Source of the DNA: an uncultured Bacteroidales bacterium
GTDB taxonomy: Bacteria; Bacteroidota; Bacteroidia; Bacteroidales; JAADJA01
Length of the DNA stretch: 64,000 bases
NCBI GenBank assembly: GCA_963705185.1
Contig: CAVPJF010000014.1
Location: 49,655 to 113,654 of the forward strand
Direction: 5' to 3'
Notes under the pieces: generated by a model
What the model was told of the DNA's origin: nothing
What the model saw: only the letters and a program-made list of their open reading frames with translations
Database searches by the model: none
Shown: one piece after another, positions 27,413-36,745 of the stretch
Layout of the letters: each line of letters starts with the position of its first letter
Position numbering within the stretch: position 1 is the stretch's first letter
Made by a program: the position numbers and the translations under genes

Positions 27413-28470
27413 GCCGAAAGAAGGATAAGAGAATGGTTTTTGTTCCTGTAATGGTTATAGATCAATATATTGCCAATGGATTTTGGAGATGTTTTAGTTA
27501 GATTGACAACGTCAGGAATATACTGCTGTTTAAGAATATTGGCTCCAAGCCAGAGTGCAAAAGCAGTAGCCGTATGGTATTCACCGCACAGGTGCTTGAA
27601 ATATGCAACCGGGGTATTTTGAAAAAAATGGTCGGTAACATTCTGATAAATTTCATCAAACGTTACATCTCCATTATATCCGGCAATTAAAAGATCGATT
27701 TCTGCTGTCGTCAGATCGTTTTTAGTCAGAAAAGAATTGATTTGGTTGTATACATGATTGTTTTCCTTCTGAAAATTAAATGTCACAATATCATGGATGC
27801 ATGCATAGCTGCTCATTCCCTTTTCCTTAGCGATCATAAAAAAAGTATTTCCCTCACCAGCAATGGTTCCGGGGGTTTCGTGGCTCAGCAATTCAAGGAT
27901 ATTTGGGATTTCATTTTTATAGTATTTCAGCCGGTTGTATAAAATCATTTGGTTAGCAGTCATTTCATCAAATCCACCGACAAGTACATTATTAATACCA
28001 GGTTCATTCAGAAGCGAAAGGCCATCCGATAAAGCATTCTCAAAAGAGATTCCCCGCTGGGTATAAGTCATATTATAGTTGGTGCATTGCAACATCAAAG
28101 CTATCTGTGCGCCAATGGTGTTATGAGTCGATTGAATAAAGGGTGTAGGAGGTAAAAGGCGCTCACCACTTTCATAAATTGATGCCAAAAATTTTTCAGT
28201 ATCTTCCAGGCAACCCATTCCGGTACCCGTAACGATGGCATCCGGCATCTGGACACCTGCATCGTCAAGGCAAATCTTTGCGGCTGACCAGCTCATCCGC
28301 ATGATCCGGCTCATCCGCCTCAACATTCTTAGATCGATAAGCTTTTCATAATCCGGTTCGATGCAGTTTAGTCTCTGGCCAGACTGGATTATAACCTCCT
28401 TCAGAAAACTTTTATTATCATAAGTCTTCTGAGGTGAAATATTCCCGGTTCCGGTTATATAGGCTTTCAT
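27406..28470 (-). CDS. beta-ketoacyl synthase-like protein lacking the nucleophile Cys (chain-length-factor-like partner)
   Basis: A KS-fold N-terminus (AYITGTGNISP) is present. At the position I align with the KS Cys the sequence reads ...NYNMTYTQRGISFENAL (no Cys, apparently Gln). I see no HGT/GH His motifs. It lies 4 nt downstream of a full KS. Confidence 0.7.
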   Translation of the reverse strand: MKAYITGTGNISPQKTYDNKSFLKEVIIQSGQRLNCIEPDYEKLIDLRMLRRMSRIMRMSWSAAKICLDDAGVQMPDAIVTGTGMGCLEDTEKFLASIYESGERLLPPTPFIQSTHNTIGAQIALMLQCTNYNMTYTQRGISFENALSDGLSLLNEPGINNVLVGGFDEMTANQMILYNRLKYYKNEIPNILELLSHETPGTIAGEGNTFFMIAKEKGMSSYACIHDIVTFNFQKENNHVYNQINSFLTKNDLTTAEIDLLIAGYNGDVTFDEIYQNVTDHFFQNTPVAYFKHLCGEYHTATAFALWLGANILKQQYIPDVVNLTKTSPKSIGNILIYNHYRNKNHSLILLSAC

Positions 28471-28474
28471 TCAA

Positions 28475-29662
28475 TCAAATTTTAGAAAATATCAGCGTAG
28501 TGTTGTTCCCGCCAAAACCAAAAGAATTAGACATCGCATGACAGATGGTTACATTTGTGACCGCAGTGGTGACCGGTTTTATATTCAATTCTTTCATTTG
28601 TGTTTTGAAATTCAGATTGGGTGGAACAAAACCTTTCTTAATCGCCATGATGCAAATCCCGGCTTCTACTGCTCCAGAAGCGCCCAGCAGGTGTCCGGTC
28701 ATGGGCTTGGTGGAACTGAAGCAGGGTACATGGGTCGAAAAGAGCTGTTGGATCGCCATTCCTTCTGCGAGGTCATTATTCTGAGTAGCTGTCCCATGAG
28801 CATTGATATAATCAATATCAGAGACTGACAGCCCGGCTATATCCAGAGCTGATTTCATGGCCAGGTAAGCGCCCCTTCCTTCGGGTGATAAAGCAGTTTG
28901 GTGAAACGCGTCATTAGCATTGCCATAGCCGCTTATCTCGCAGATAACTTCCTTTTTACCAACCACCTTTTCTGATTCGAGCAAGAGGAAACCAGCGCCT
29001 TCGCCGAGGTTCAGTCCATTCCTTTGATCATCAAACGGCTTACATGGCTCCGGGTCAACGATCATAAGGGTGTTAAAACCATTCAAAGTAAATTTTGATA
29101 ATGCATCCACTCCACCAGCCAATACCCTTTCTGCTTTTCCGCTTTTGATTAGTCGAACTCCAAGCATAATGGCATTAGCGGCCGAGGAACAAGCAGTATT
29201 AATGGTTGTAAAATTTCCTCCAATCCCAAGGAAACCGGCAATCCGTTCGGCACTATCACCACAATCATGTGATTCGATATAATCATTTTTCGAATCATTG
29301 TTGAGAAAATCAGGATAGTACTTTTCAGTTGAAACCATGCCGCCTACTGTGGTACCGGAAATCAATGATAATTCCTTTAAATCTTTTAAACCGGCAGAAG
29401 CTACCGCCTCTTTCGCGGCTATCAATCCCAGAAGAGTTGTCCGGGTATGCCCTTTTTTTAAAGCAATACCTGCCATTTCAGCTAGCTCCATATCTGTAAG
29501 CCTTACTTCTCCGGCAATCAGCCTGCCCTTATGATGGGTGTCTAAAATAGTGATGGGTCCAATGCCGGATTTACCTGTAAAAACAGACTCTTCCATCGCG
29601 CCGAAATTATTTCCAATGGACGAGATCATACCGCAACCGGTGACAAACACTCTTTCGGACAT
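28475..29662 (-). CDS. beta-ketoacyl-ACP synthase II-like KS
   Basis: Motifs TACSSAANAI (Cys), NAHGTATQNND and TGHLLGASG (His/His) are present. Confidence 0.9.
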   Translation of the reverse strand: MSERVFVTGCGMISSIGNNFGAMEESVFTGKSGIGPITILDTHHKGRLIAGEVRLTDMELAEMAGIALKKGHTRTTLLGLIAAKEAVASAGLKDLKELSLISGTTVGGMVSTEKYYPDFLNNDSKNDYIESHDCGDSAERIAGFLGIGGNFTTINTACSSAANAIMLGVRLIKSGKAERVLAGGVDALSKFTLNGFNTLMIVDPEPCKPFDDQRNGLNLGEGAGFLLLESEKVVGKKEVICEISGYGNANDAFHQTALSPEGRGAYLAMKSALDIAGLSVSDIDYINAHGTATQNNDLAEGMAIQQLFSTHVPCFSSTKPMTGHLLGASGAVEAGICIMAIKKGFVPPNLNFKTQMKELNIKPVTTAVTNVTICHAMSNSFGFGGNNTTLIFSKI

Positions 29663-29722
29663 TTATAAGTAATTTGTGTCGAATTTATAGAAAGTAGTAT
29701 TTCAGTCTGAATACTTGAACTC

Positions 29723-30793
29723 CTATACTTTTCTGCATTTTAACAGCGTATGACTAATACCGATGTTATCGAGATCCTCAGCAACTTCAAAACCGGACTC
29801 CTTAATTAATTTCAGCATATCTTCCGAGTGATACATCCTGCTGTTACCATTGGCCAGACAGGTGAAATAGAGCGATGTAGCATTAATGCAATAGGATGAA
29901 GCTTCATACTTCTGCCGGTCCCAGAAAAGTTCAAGGATATATACATACCCGTCATTTTGAAGGGCATCATAACATCTCTTTAAAATACTGACAATCTGTT
30001 CTTCGGAAAAGCAATCCAACAGCTGGCTCATCCAGATGGCATCGAATCCTTTGGGGAAAATAAGTGACTGATCAAGCAGATCCAATGAGCAGGTATGGAT
30101 TCTGTTCTCCATTCCTTTTGATTTGATATTTTCAATCGCTTTGTGCAATTGGCCGGGTAAATCCATGATCGTCACCTCAACTTCTTTTGAAAAATCGGTA
30201 CACTGAAGCGAGAACTTACCGGTATTGCCACCGATATCGAGAAGACGTTTAACTTTTTCTTTAAATATTACCGGCAGCACTTCCGGAAACGAAACATCAG
30301 AATAAAAATGGTCAAAATTGAACCAGCTTGCTTTTGCTTTTTCGGGTAATTGAGAGAGATTTGGATAAATGGTATTCCAGTTACCGAATTCTTTCAAACC
30401 TGCTGGTTTACCTGTATAAACAGCTTCCTCCAGATGGTACATGCCCTTGTAACACACATCGTGAACAAAATCTAAATTGGCGCGGGTAAGCTCATCCGAC
30501 AGGATAAAGAAGCCCGTTTTGGTAAGGAAATACTTTTCGTTTTTCAACTTAATCATTCCCATGCTCAATCCGGCATCAAGCAGAACCTTTACACCATAAA
30601 CGGATAAATTAAGCACTGATGAAATAGTTTCCGGAGATCCGCCAGCCTCCCGGGCATTCTTCAGGTAATCAAGGATACCGGTATTCCGAAGCAGCCTTGC
30701 CGCCTGAAACATCACCGGACCAAAAGCAATTTTCTGAGCTTCAAATTTGGCATCCACCGCCCTGCGTTTGTCAGAGCCGAAATCTTTTTTCAT
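29723..30793 (-). CDS. SAM-dependent methyltransferase (OMT-like)
   Basis: The SAM motif is RLLDIGGNTGKF, and the N-terminal dimerisation-like region resembles family-2 OMTs. Confidence 0.75.
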   Translation of the reverse strand: MKKDFGSDKRRAVDAKFEAQKIAFGPVMFQAARLLRNTGILDYLKNAREAGGSPETISSVLNLSVYGVKVLLDAGLSMGMIKLKNEKYFLTKTGFFILSDELTRANLDFVHDVCYKGMYHLEEAVYTGKPAGLKEFGNWNTIYPNLSQLPEKAKASWFNFDHFYSDVSFPEVLPVIFKEKVKRLLDIGGNTGKFSLQCTDFSKEVEVTIMDLPGQLHKAIENIKSKGMENRIHTCSLDLLDQSLIFPKGFDAIWMSQLLDCFSEEQIVSILKRCYDALQNDGYVYILELFWDRQKYEASSYCINATSLYFTCLANGNSRMYHSEDMLKLIKESGFEVAEDLDNIGISHTLLKCRKV

Positions 30794-30821
30794 TCAATAA
30801 CAATTATACAAATTAATACCG

Positions 30822-31487
30822 TTAACTTAATCCCCACTGGTCATCATTCAGGTCAACTATTTTGAGTTCCTTTTTGTCCCATTTTATCTTTAACATCAGG
30901 TAAGCAAAGCAGGTATCTTTTGAGATGTGTACAGTAGTTGTTCCGGAGGCTGATCCTCCAACACCTAAGTTTACCTCAAGCCCTTCAATGCCTGCTCCTA
31001 TCTTTACGCCATAGTTTCTATTAATCTCACTTGCTAATGTGGCATCGATCACGATGAATACCTGGTGCACAATCCTTGCATCCTTGCCCCAGCGACGCAA
31101 GTCCTGAAGATTTTCAGGCGAATTATTAGTTGCTTTCTTCAGTGCATTATTCGAAATACTGAATTTTGCGAGACTGAGTTCACCCATTCTTAGCTTTTTA
31201 AAGGTGGCATCACCATCCAATTTCACAGGTACTCCCTCTACAATTGCAGTGGCACCCAGATTTAAGTCCGTTTTTGTTGTTCGGTCAAAATCAATATCAA
31301 CCACTGTGGCCTGAATTACATCATCACTTGAAACAAGTATTCGGTCTTTTACTTCAAGGTAATTCTGCTTGGTAAGTGGTTTGCGGATTTCCCCAATACT
31401 GCCGATTTCTATATTTTCAGCATGTGCGCGGAAGTAGGCTACTCCTCCGAAAGTGAGATGATTTTCTTTTACAATTACGTTTGGCAT
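30822..31487 (-). CDS. hypothetical beta-rich protein (221 aa)
   Basis: A clean ORF at the head of the MT-KS-CLF operon. It has no signal peptide and no motif I recognise. Confidence 0.5.
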   Translation of the reverse strand: MPNVIVKENHLTFGGVAYFRAHAENIEIGSIGEIRKPLTKQNYLEVKDRILVSSDDVIQATVVDIDFDRTTKTDLNLGATAIVEGVPVKLDGDATFKKLRMGELSLAKFSISNNALKKATNNSPENLQDLRRWGKDARIVHQVFIVIDATLASEINRNYGVKIGAGIEGLEVNLGVGGSASGTTTVHISKDTCFAYLMLKIKWDKKELKIVDLNDDQWGLS

Positions 31488-31502
31488 TTTTTATTTCCTT
31501 TC

Positions 31503-31640
31503 TTAATTATATAATAGATTATTTAAAATCCCTTTGGGTAGCCGGTTATTTAAATATTCTTTGTGTGAATCGTCAAACAACTGCGCGCCACCATTTAAGG
31601 CAAATAATAAAAGTGAGAAAATAGTAAAAATGAATTTCAT
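31503..31640 (-). CDS. possible small secreted peptide (45 aa, below the ORF-track cutoff)
   Basis: My own translation is MKFIFTIFSLLLFALNGGAQLFDDSHKEYLNNRLPKGILNNLLYN*. It has a signal-peptide-like N-terminus and ends 16 nt upstream of the next gene on the same strand. Confidence 0.3.
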   Translation of the reverse strand: MKFIFTIFSLLLFALNGGAQLFDDSHKEYLNNRLPKGILNNLLYN

Positions 31641-32147
31641 TAATAAAGTTTAAGGCAAAGATAAAATTTTCAAATATTTAAATCAACAATAATTTTTTTG
31701 CAAAATAATTTCTTCTTCGATGATAAAATTTGTTTACTTAACGTTTACAACGTAAATTTATAGGAAAATATGTTAGGCAGTGATTACAAAGAGTATTTTA
31801 AATATTGTAAATCGTCAGCTTAAAAGTTTACCAGTTGTGAATTCCCAAAATTTAAATGGGTGCAAATCTCTTTTTTTATTATAACTTTGCTTAACAGGAG
31901 AAAATTACTAATCAGTGAATGCAAGTTATAAAATCCACTTCTGGTTGATAAGAATGAAAAAAATAAAGGAGTTATTCTATTTCACAATTTTTACCTGGTT
32001 GCTGATGTCATTCACTGCTACTATAGTCAATGCCCAAAATCCGTTAAATCAGGCTCTCCAAAACAAATCATCATTGAAAATTTTGATAGTGGTATAATTG
32101 ATCTGACATCTTATCCGTATGAAGATGAAGAACCTCTCGGCTGGGAA

Positions 32148-35100
32148 TTGAATTCAGCAATCACTTATGAAAATTCTCCCTGGTCGTTAAAAATATCAGG
32201 AAATACCTGGAAAGTGCAAAGCATTTCACCTATCGTTATCAATGCAGGTGATGTTTGGCAGGTCAATGCCTACATTGCTTCGAAAGCAGAAATCCAGGGA
32301 TTTGCCATCATGGATGCTGCAAATGTGCTGTTCTATTCTTTTGCGGGTTCAGAAATGGTGAACATAGAAGAATGGGTACCTGTGTACCAGGGATGTTTTC
32401 CTGAAGGCCAATGGAATGTTTATCAGCTTCCCGTTGCTGACGACTGGCTGGCTTTTTTTGGTTACCTGCCGGAAATTACAGGTTTGGTTTATATCAATGA
32501 TAAGGATGGGACATCGCAGGGCGTGGTTTATTTTGATAACATTATAAATATCAGCAGCGATTTACCTTATATTCCGGAGGTTTCGATTGATTTTACTGTA
32601 GGAGGAGTTTATACAGATGGAGGCGGTAACAAAGTTGCTGACGTTCAATTTACAAGTGAAGTGATTGACCCTGATAGTGAAATCCATGACTATTTCTGGA
32701 ATTTTGGAGATGATTCTACCAGCACAGAACAAGATCCGCTGCATACTTTTTTAGTTACAGATGATCATCCTTACAGGGTTTTACTCCGGGTTGTTGACCC
32801 TACTGACAGATGGGGACAGGCAAGTTGCAGCGTTGAAGTCGACCAGGGAAACAGCTCTTTTCCTGTAACCTTAAATTTTGTTGGTGATATCATGCTGGCC
32901 CGGAGATACGAAAATCCGGGCGGAATTATTCCCACCCTGGGTGTTGAAGCCATATTCGCTCCAACGAAACCGTTTCTTGGCGATGCCGCCGATATTACCA
33001 TTGCTAACCTTGAATGTCCGTTGACCACGTATTGGGAGCATCATCCGACGAAATCAATTTATTTTAAAGGCTCCCCTGCGAATGTAGCCGGTTTGACTTA
33101 TGCCGGAATAGATATCGTTACCCTTGCCAACAATCATATACTGGATTACATGTATGAAGGGATGCAGGAGACACAATCCGTTTTAGAAGAAAATGATATC
33201 CTTTATATGGGAGCCGGGGCAAATTCCTATGAAGCTTACCTGCCTGCTTTTTATTCAAAGTCGGGTGTGAATTTCGCATTCCTTGGAGCAAGCGATGTAA
33301 CCGGGCAATACAGCAATCAGCAGCCATACCTGAATGCCGGCTATAATAAACCCGGCTTTGGGAACCTTGAGCCCTATTATATTAAAAAGCAAATTGATGA
33401 GGTTAAGGATGTCTCTGATCTGGTGGTGATGGAATGGCATACCGGTATTGAATATTCAACGTACCCGGATAATTCGTGTGACACCTGCCCATTTTTTGCT
33501 GAGGATAATGAATCGGATGAAAATTATTTTCCATTGGCTTATGCACCTGATCCAAAGGACAGGACCACCACACATTTTGCCATCGACAATGGAGCAGATC
33601 TGGTTATTTGTCATCACCCTCACATGATGCAAGGTGTTGAACTCTATAATGGCAAGTTCATTGCTCATTCGTTGGGGAATTTTGCGTTTGATCAGGAATT
33701 CCCGGAAACTTATCCCTCTTTTATCCTGAATACGAAAGTTAATGAAACAGGATTTTATGAATTCACCCTTACCCCGGTTTACATTGATGACTATATTCCG
33801 CAAAGAGCTGAAGGAGGTTTGGGGTTGCATATACTGGATGATCTTGCCCAGCGATCAAAGGATCTGGATACATACCTGCAAATTGACAGGGACAGTGTCA
33901 TCGCAACGGTAATCATGGATACAACAAGTATGTTTACATCCTTTATGGAGATTTCTGTTGATCTGCCCATGGAAGAAGCCGGCAATAGCTGGACAACTCC
34001 TCCGCATCCCCTGGCAAGATGGGGAAGTATTTCATCTGTGGACAGCATAGTGCCAAACGGTACTTATGAATTCCGTCTGGGCAGGGAACTGATCTTTTTC
34101 GGTAACATGGAGGATGAAGGCTGTACCTTATGGAATCTCAACAGCGCCGATGAAAATTATTGCGATACCGCCGCATTTTCGGGTGAACGCTCCATTCAGC
34201 ACATAAGGACGGAAAGTTCAACTTCCAATATTGTAACAAATTTTGAGGAAAGAATAATTTGTCCTTCCTATAATATTAAATATTCACTCTGCGGTTATTT
34301 AAAAACTCAAAATGGTGCCGATGTCACCATCGAAATAAGATATCACGTGGACCGTACCGGGATTTTTCCACTCGGGACTGAAAATATCGGGGTGCAGGTA
34401 AACGGTGATAGCCCCTGGACTTTTTACCATCATGAACTTACTATCCCTTCAGGAACGAAGTTTTTCGACATTCGCCTGAGCAGTGGTATACCGAATTCGG
34501 GCACGGCTTATTCGTGGTTTGATAATGTGAGCCTTATTCGCTGGGATGGTTGGGCGGATTATGATGTTTCGCAATCCATACCGACACCGAATGATTATTA
34601 TTTCATCCAGGTTAAATCATCTGACATTTCCGAAGATATAACTTTAAATTATTCTGAGTCCAATCACGGATCAGCCCATACCATTGAGGCTGATTTGAAG
34701 GTCTTCCTTGAAGGCCCATTTAACGGCACAGATATGGAAACATCATTAAATCCTTCGATGTTGCCACTATCACAACCCTATAATTCAGCCCCATGGAATT
34801 ATGATGGAACAGAGTCGGTTGTTTCCATTCCAAACCCTGATGTTGTAGATTGGATCCTGGTAGAATTCCGCGATGCAACTGATGCAGCAAGTGCAATCGG
34901 TGCCTCCACCATAAAGCGACAGGCTGCATTCTTACTGCGTGACGGGTCGGTAGTTGGAACGGATGGAGTCACTCATATTCAGTTCAAAGGTGCCGTAACT
35001 GAGCAGCTTTTCGCTGTGGTGCTTCATCGAAATCATGTTGGCGTTATGTCAGCAAATCCTTTAACTGTAACGGAAGGAGTATATACTTACGATTTTACTT

Positions 35101-35354
35101 CTTCCATTGACCAGGTATATGGGGGTGGTGCCGGATATAAATCCATTGCACCAGGAATTTATGGAATGGCAGGCGGAGATGTTGATGCAAGCGGATCGGT
35201 GGATATGGCAGATAAAGTCCTGTGGGATTCAGGCAGCGGAGCGAATGGTTATTTACAATCCGATCTGAATCTTGATGGCCAGGTTAATAATCCGGATAAG
35301 AATGACATTTGGCTATTAAACACCAATACCAAATCATCGCAAGTGCCGGAGTAA
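32148..35354 (+). CDS. large secreted multidomain protein: PKD domain + CapA/PGA-type metallophosphatase domain + dockerin-like C-terminus
   Basis: The PKD-like segment is FWNFGDDSTSTEQDPLHTF...RVVD. CapA-like motifs are LNFVGDIMLARRY, NLECPLT, LANNHILDY, CHHPH and SLGNFAFDQ. The C-terminal segment GGDVDASGSVDMADK...SDLNLDGQVNNPDKNDIW is dockerin/EF-hand-like. A signal peptide (MKKIKELFYFTIFTWLLMSFTATIVNAQ) starts at 31954 in another frame, so there is an indel near 32060. Confidence 0.75.
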   Translation: MNSAITYENSPWSLKISGNTWKVQSISPIVINAGDVWQVNAYIASKAEIQGFAIMDAANVLFYSFAGSEMVNIEEWVPVYQGCFPEGQWNVYQLPVADDWLAFFGYLPEITGLVYINDKDGTSQGVVYFDNIINISSDLPYIPEVSIDFTVGGVYTDGGGNKVADVQFTSEVIDPDSEIHDYFWNFGDDSTSTEQDPLHTFLVTDDHPYRVLLRVVDPTDRWGQASCSVEVDQGNSSFPVTLNFVGDIMLARRYENPGGIIPTLGVEAIFAPTKPFLGDAADITIANLECPLTTYWEHHPTKSIYFKGSPANVAGLTYAGIDIVTLANNHILDYMYEGMQETQSVLEENDILYMGAGANSYEAYLPAFYSKSGVNFAFLGASDVTGQYSNQQPYLNAGYNKPGFGNLEPYYIKKQIDEVKDVSDLVVMEWHTGIEYSTYPDNSCDTCPFFAEDNESDENYFPLAYAPDPKDRTTTHFAIDNGADLVICHHPHMMQGVELYNGKFIAHSLGNFAFDQEFPETYPSFILNTKVNETGFYEFTLTPVYIDDYIPQRAEGGLGLHILDDLAQRSKDLDTYLQIDRDSVIATVIMDTTSMFTSFMEISVDLPMEEAGNSWTTPPHPLARWGSISSVDSIVPNGTYEFRLGRELIFFGNMEDEGCTLWNLNSADENYCDTAAFSGERSIQHIRTESSTSNIVTNFEERIICPSYNIKYSLCGYLKTQNGADVTIEIRYHVDRTGIFPLGTENIGVQVNGDSPWTFYHHELTIPSGTKFFDIRLSSGIPNSGTAYSWFDNVSLIRWDGWADYDVSQSIPTPNDYYFIQVKSSDISEDITLNYSESNHGSAHTIEADLKVFLEGPFNGTDMETSLNPSMLPLSQPYNSAPWNYDGTESVVSIPNPDVVDWILVEFRDATDAASAIGASTIKRQAAFLLRDGSVVGTDGVTHIQFKGAVTEQLFAVVLHRNHVGVMSANPLTVTEGVYTYDFTSSIDQVYGGGAGYKSIAPGIYGMAGGDVDASGSVDMADKVLWDSGSGANGYLQSDLNLDGQVNNPDKNDIWLLNTNTKSSQVPE

Positions 35355-35407
35355 AATAACTGATTGTCTTCTGGTAATCGTGAGCGCCAAAAGAGGCATA
35401 AAAACAG

Positions 35408-35452
35408 AAAAGTTCAATTTTTAACTCATTAATAGTTAAACAACTGAACTTT
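35408..35452 (+). terminator. nested hairpin between the large secreted-protein gene and tRNA-Pro
   Basis: aaagttca (35408-35415) pairs with tgaacttt (35445-35452). An inner ttaact/agttaa stem lies within, and T-rich sequence follows. Confidence 0.4.
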
Positions 35453-35467
35453 TAAGATTTATTTTTG

Positions 35468-35542
35468 TCGGGGTAGCAAGATTCGAACTTGCGACCTCCT
35501 GCTCCCAAAGCAGGCGCGATAACCGGACTACGCTATACCCCG
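35468..35542 (-). tRNA. tRNA-Pro (anticodon UGG)
   Basis: The reverse complement CGGGGTATAGCGTAGTCCGGTTATCGCGCCTGCTTTGGGAGCAGGAGGTCGCAAGTTCGAATCTTGCTACCCCGA folds as a cloverleaf. The acceptor is CGGGGTA/TACCCCG, the anticodon loop is TTTGGGA and the T-loop is TTCGAAT. No CCA is encoded. Confidence 0.9.
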
Positions 35543-35594
35543 TATCAAATTTTTATTTCAAAAAACAATTCAATCAGCCGTCTGCATTCCCGGC

Positions 35595-35671
35595 AACTGC
35601 GACCTTCCCGCCTAAGCGGGACGCGATAACCGGACGGAGTTTATCCCGCTAAAAGCGGGGCTATACCCCGG
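35595..35671 (-). other. degenerate tRNA-Pro-like remnant with hairpin substitutions
   Basis: It shares aact-gcgacct, cgcgataaccggac and ctataccccg with the tRNA-Pro 130 nt away. The anticodon arm is replaced by TCCCGC-CTAA-GCGGGA. A 25-nt insert (ggagtttatcccgctaaaagcgggg) is present and the T-arm/3' acceptor is missing. Confidence 0.45.
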
Positions 35672-35711
35672 ATATAAAATCCAATAAACAAAAAACAAAA
35701 TCCAAAACTTG

Positions 35712-35801
<90 letters not shown>

Positions 35802-36052
35802 TTTAAATTCTCTTTCTCCAGTTTAACACCCGCCTGCCGATGAACAAATCTCCCTGCCTGGTCTGAGGCAGAACACCTGCCTCTCCCCTTCTTTTTCTTT
35901 TTTCCAGCCATATCATCCGAAATATAATCTTACCTGCCGGTTTAAAAAAGAGGTGCAAAAATAAAGAATTAATTGAATGGACAAGTTATTTTAGCAATAA
36001 ATTACCTGCTCAATAAAGTGATTCATTAACTTTGCCATAAACTTACCGCAAG

Positions 36053-36730
36053 ATGGGCATTTCAGAAAATGTGAGTTTCATTAAAGAGCAAATACCCGGA
36101 TATATAAAATTAGTGGCGGTTTCAAAGACTAAAAGCGTTCAGGAAATTTATGAAGCATACCGGGCCGGTCAAACCGTTTTCGGGGAAAATAAAGTTCAGG
36201 AAATCACTGCTAAACAACCCCTGCTTCCAAAAGATTTGGAATGGCACTTCATTGGTCATTTACAAACAAATAAAGTAAAATACATTGCTCCCTTTGTTAA
36301 TATGATTCACAGCATCGACAGCTTAAAGCTTTTGAGTGAAGTAAACAAGCAAGCATTAAAGTGCGATAGAATCATTGATTGCCTTCTGCAATTTCATATT
36401 GCAACCGAAGAAACAAAATTCGGATTGAATTTTGAGGAAGCTTCACAACTTTTGAATTCCCCGGAATTTTCTTCATTACATAACATCAGAATTTGCGGAG
36501 TGATGGGAATGGCAACATTTACTGAGGATGAAGCACTGGTTCGAAAAGAGTTCAGGAATTTGAAATCCATTTTTGATCAATTAAAGAATATTTTTTTTCG
36601 CAATCAGGGATTCTTCAAAGAAATTTCAATGGGAATGTCGGATGATTATAAGATTGCAATTGAAGAGGGAAGCACGATTGTCAGGATTGGGAGTGCACTT
36701 TTCGGAGAAAGGAATAAGGCAGCGGATTAA
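36053..36730 (+). CDS. yggS: YggS family pyridoxal-phosphate homeostasis protein
   Basis: It has LVAVSKTK (PLP Lys) and WHFIGHLQTNKVKY, and the ~225 aa length is typical of YggS/PROSC. Confidence 0.85.
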   Translation: MGISENVSFIKEQIPGYIKLVAVSKTKSVQEIYEAYRAGQTVFGENKVQEITAKQPLLPKDLEWHFIGHLQTNKVKYIAPFVNMIHSIDSLKLLSEVNKQALKCDRIIDCLLQFHIATEETKFGLNFEEASQLLNSPEFSSLHNIRICGVMGMATFTEDEALVRKEFRNLKSIFDQLKNIFFRNQGFFKEISMGMSDDYKIAIEEGSTIVRIGSALFGERNKAAD

Positions 36731-36745
36731 CTATTCAAGTTCAAA

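Noticed and set aside
30822-31487. Bacterial gasdermin or pore-forming toxin identity for the 221-aa beta-rich protein
   Set aside because: There is no N-terminal Cys, no adjacent protease and no recognisable motif. The idea rests only on beta-rich composition.
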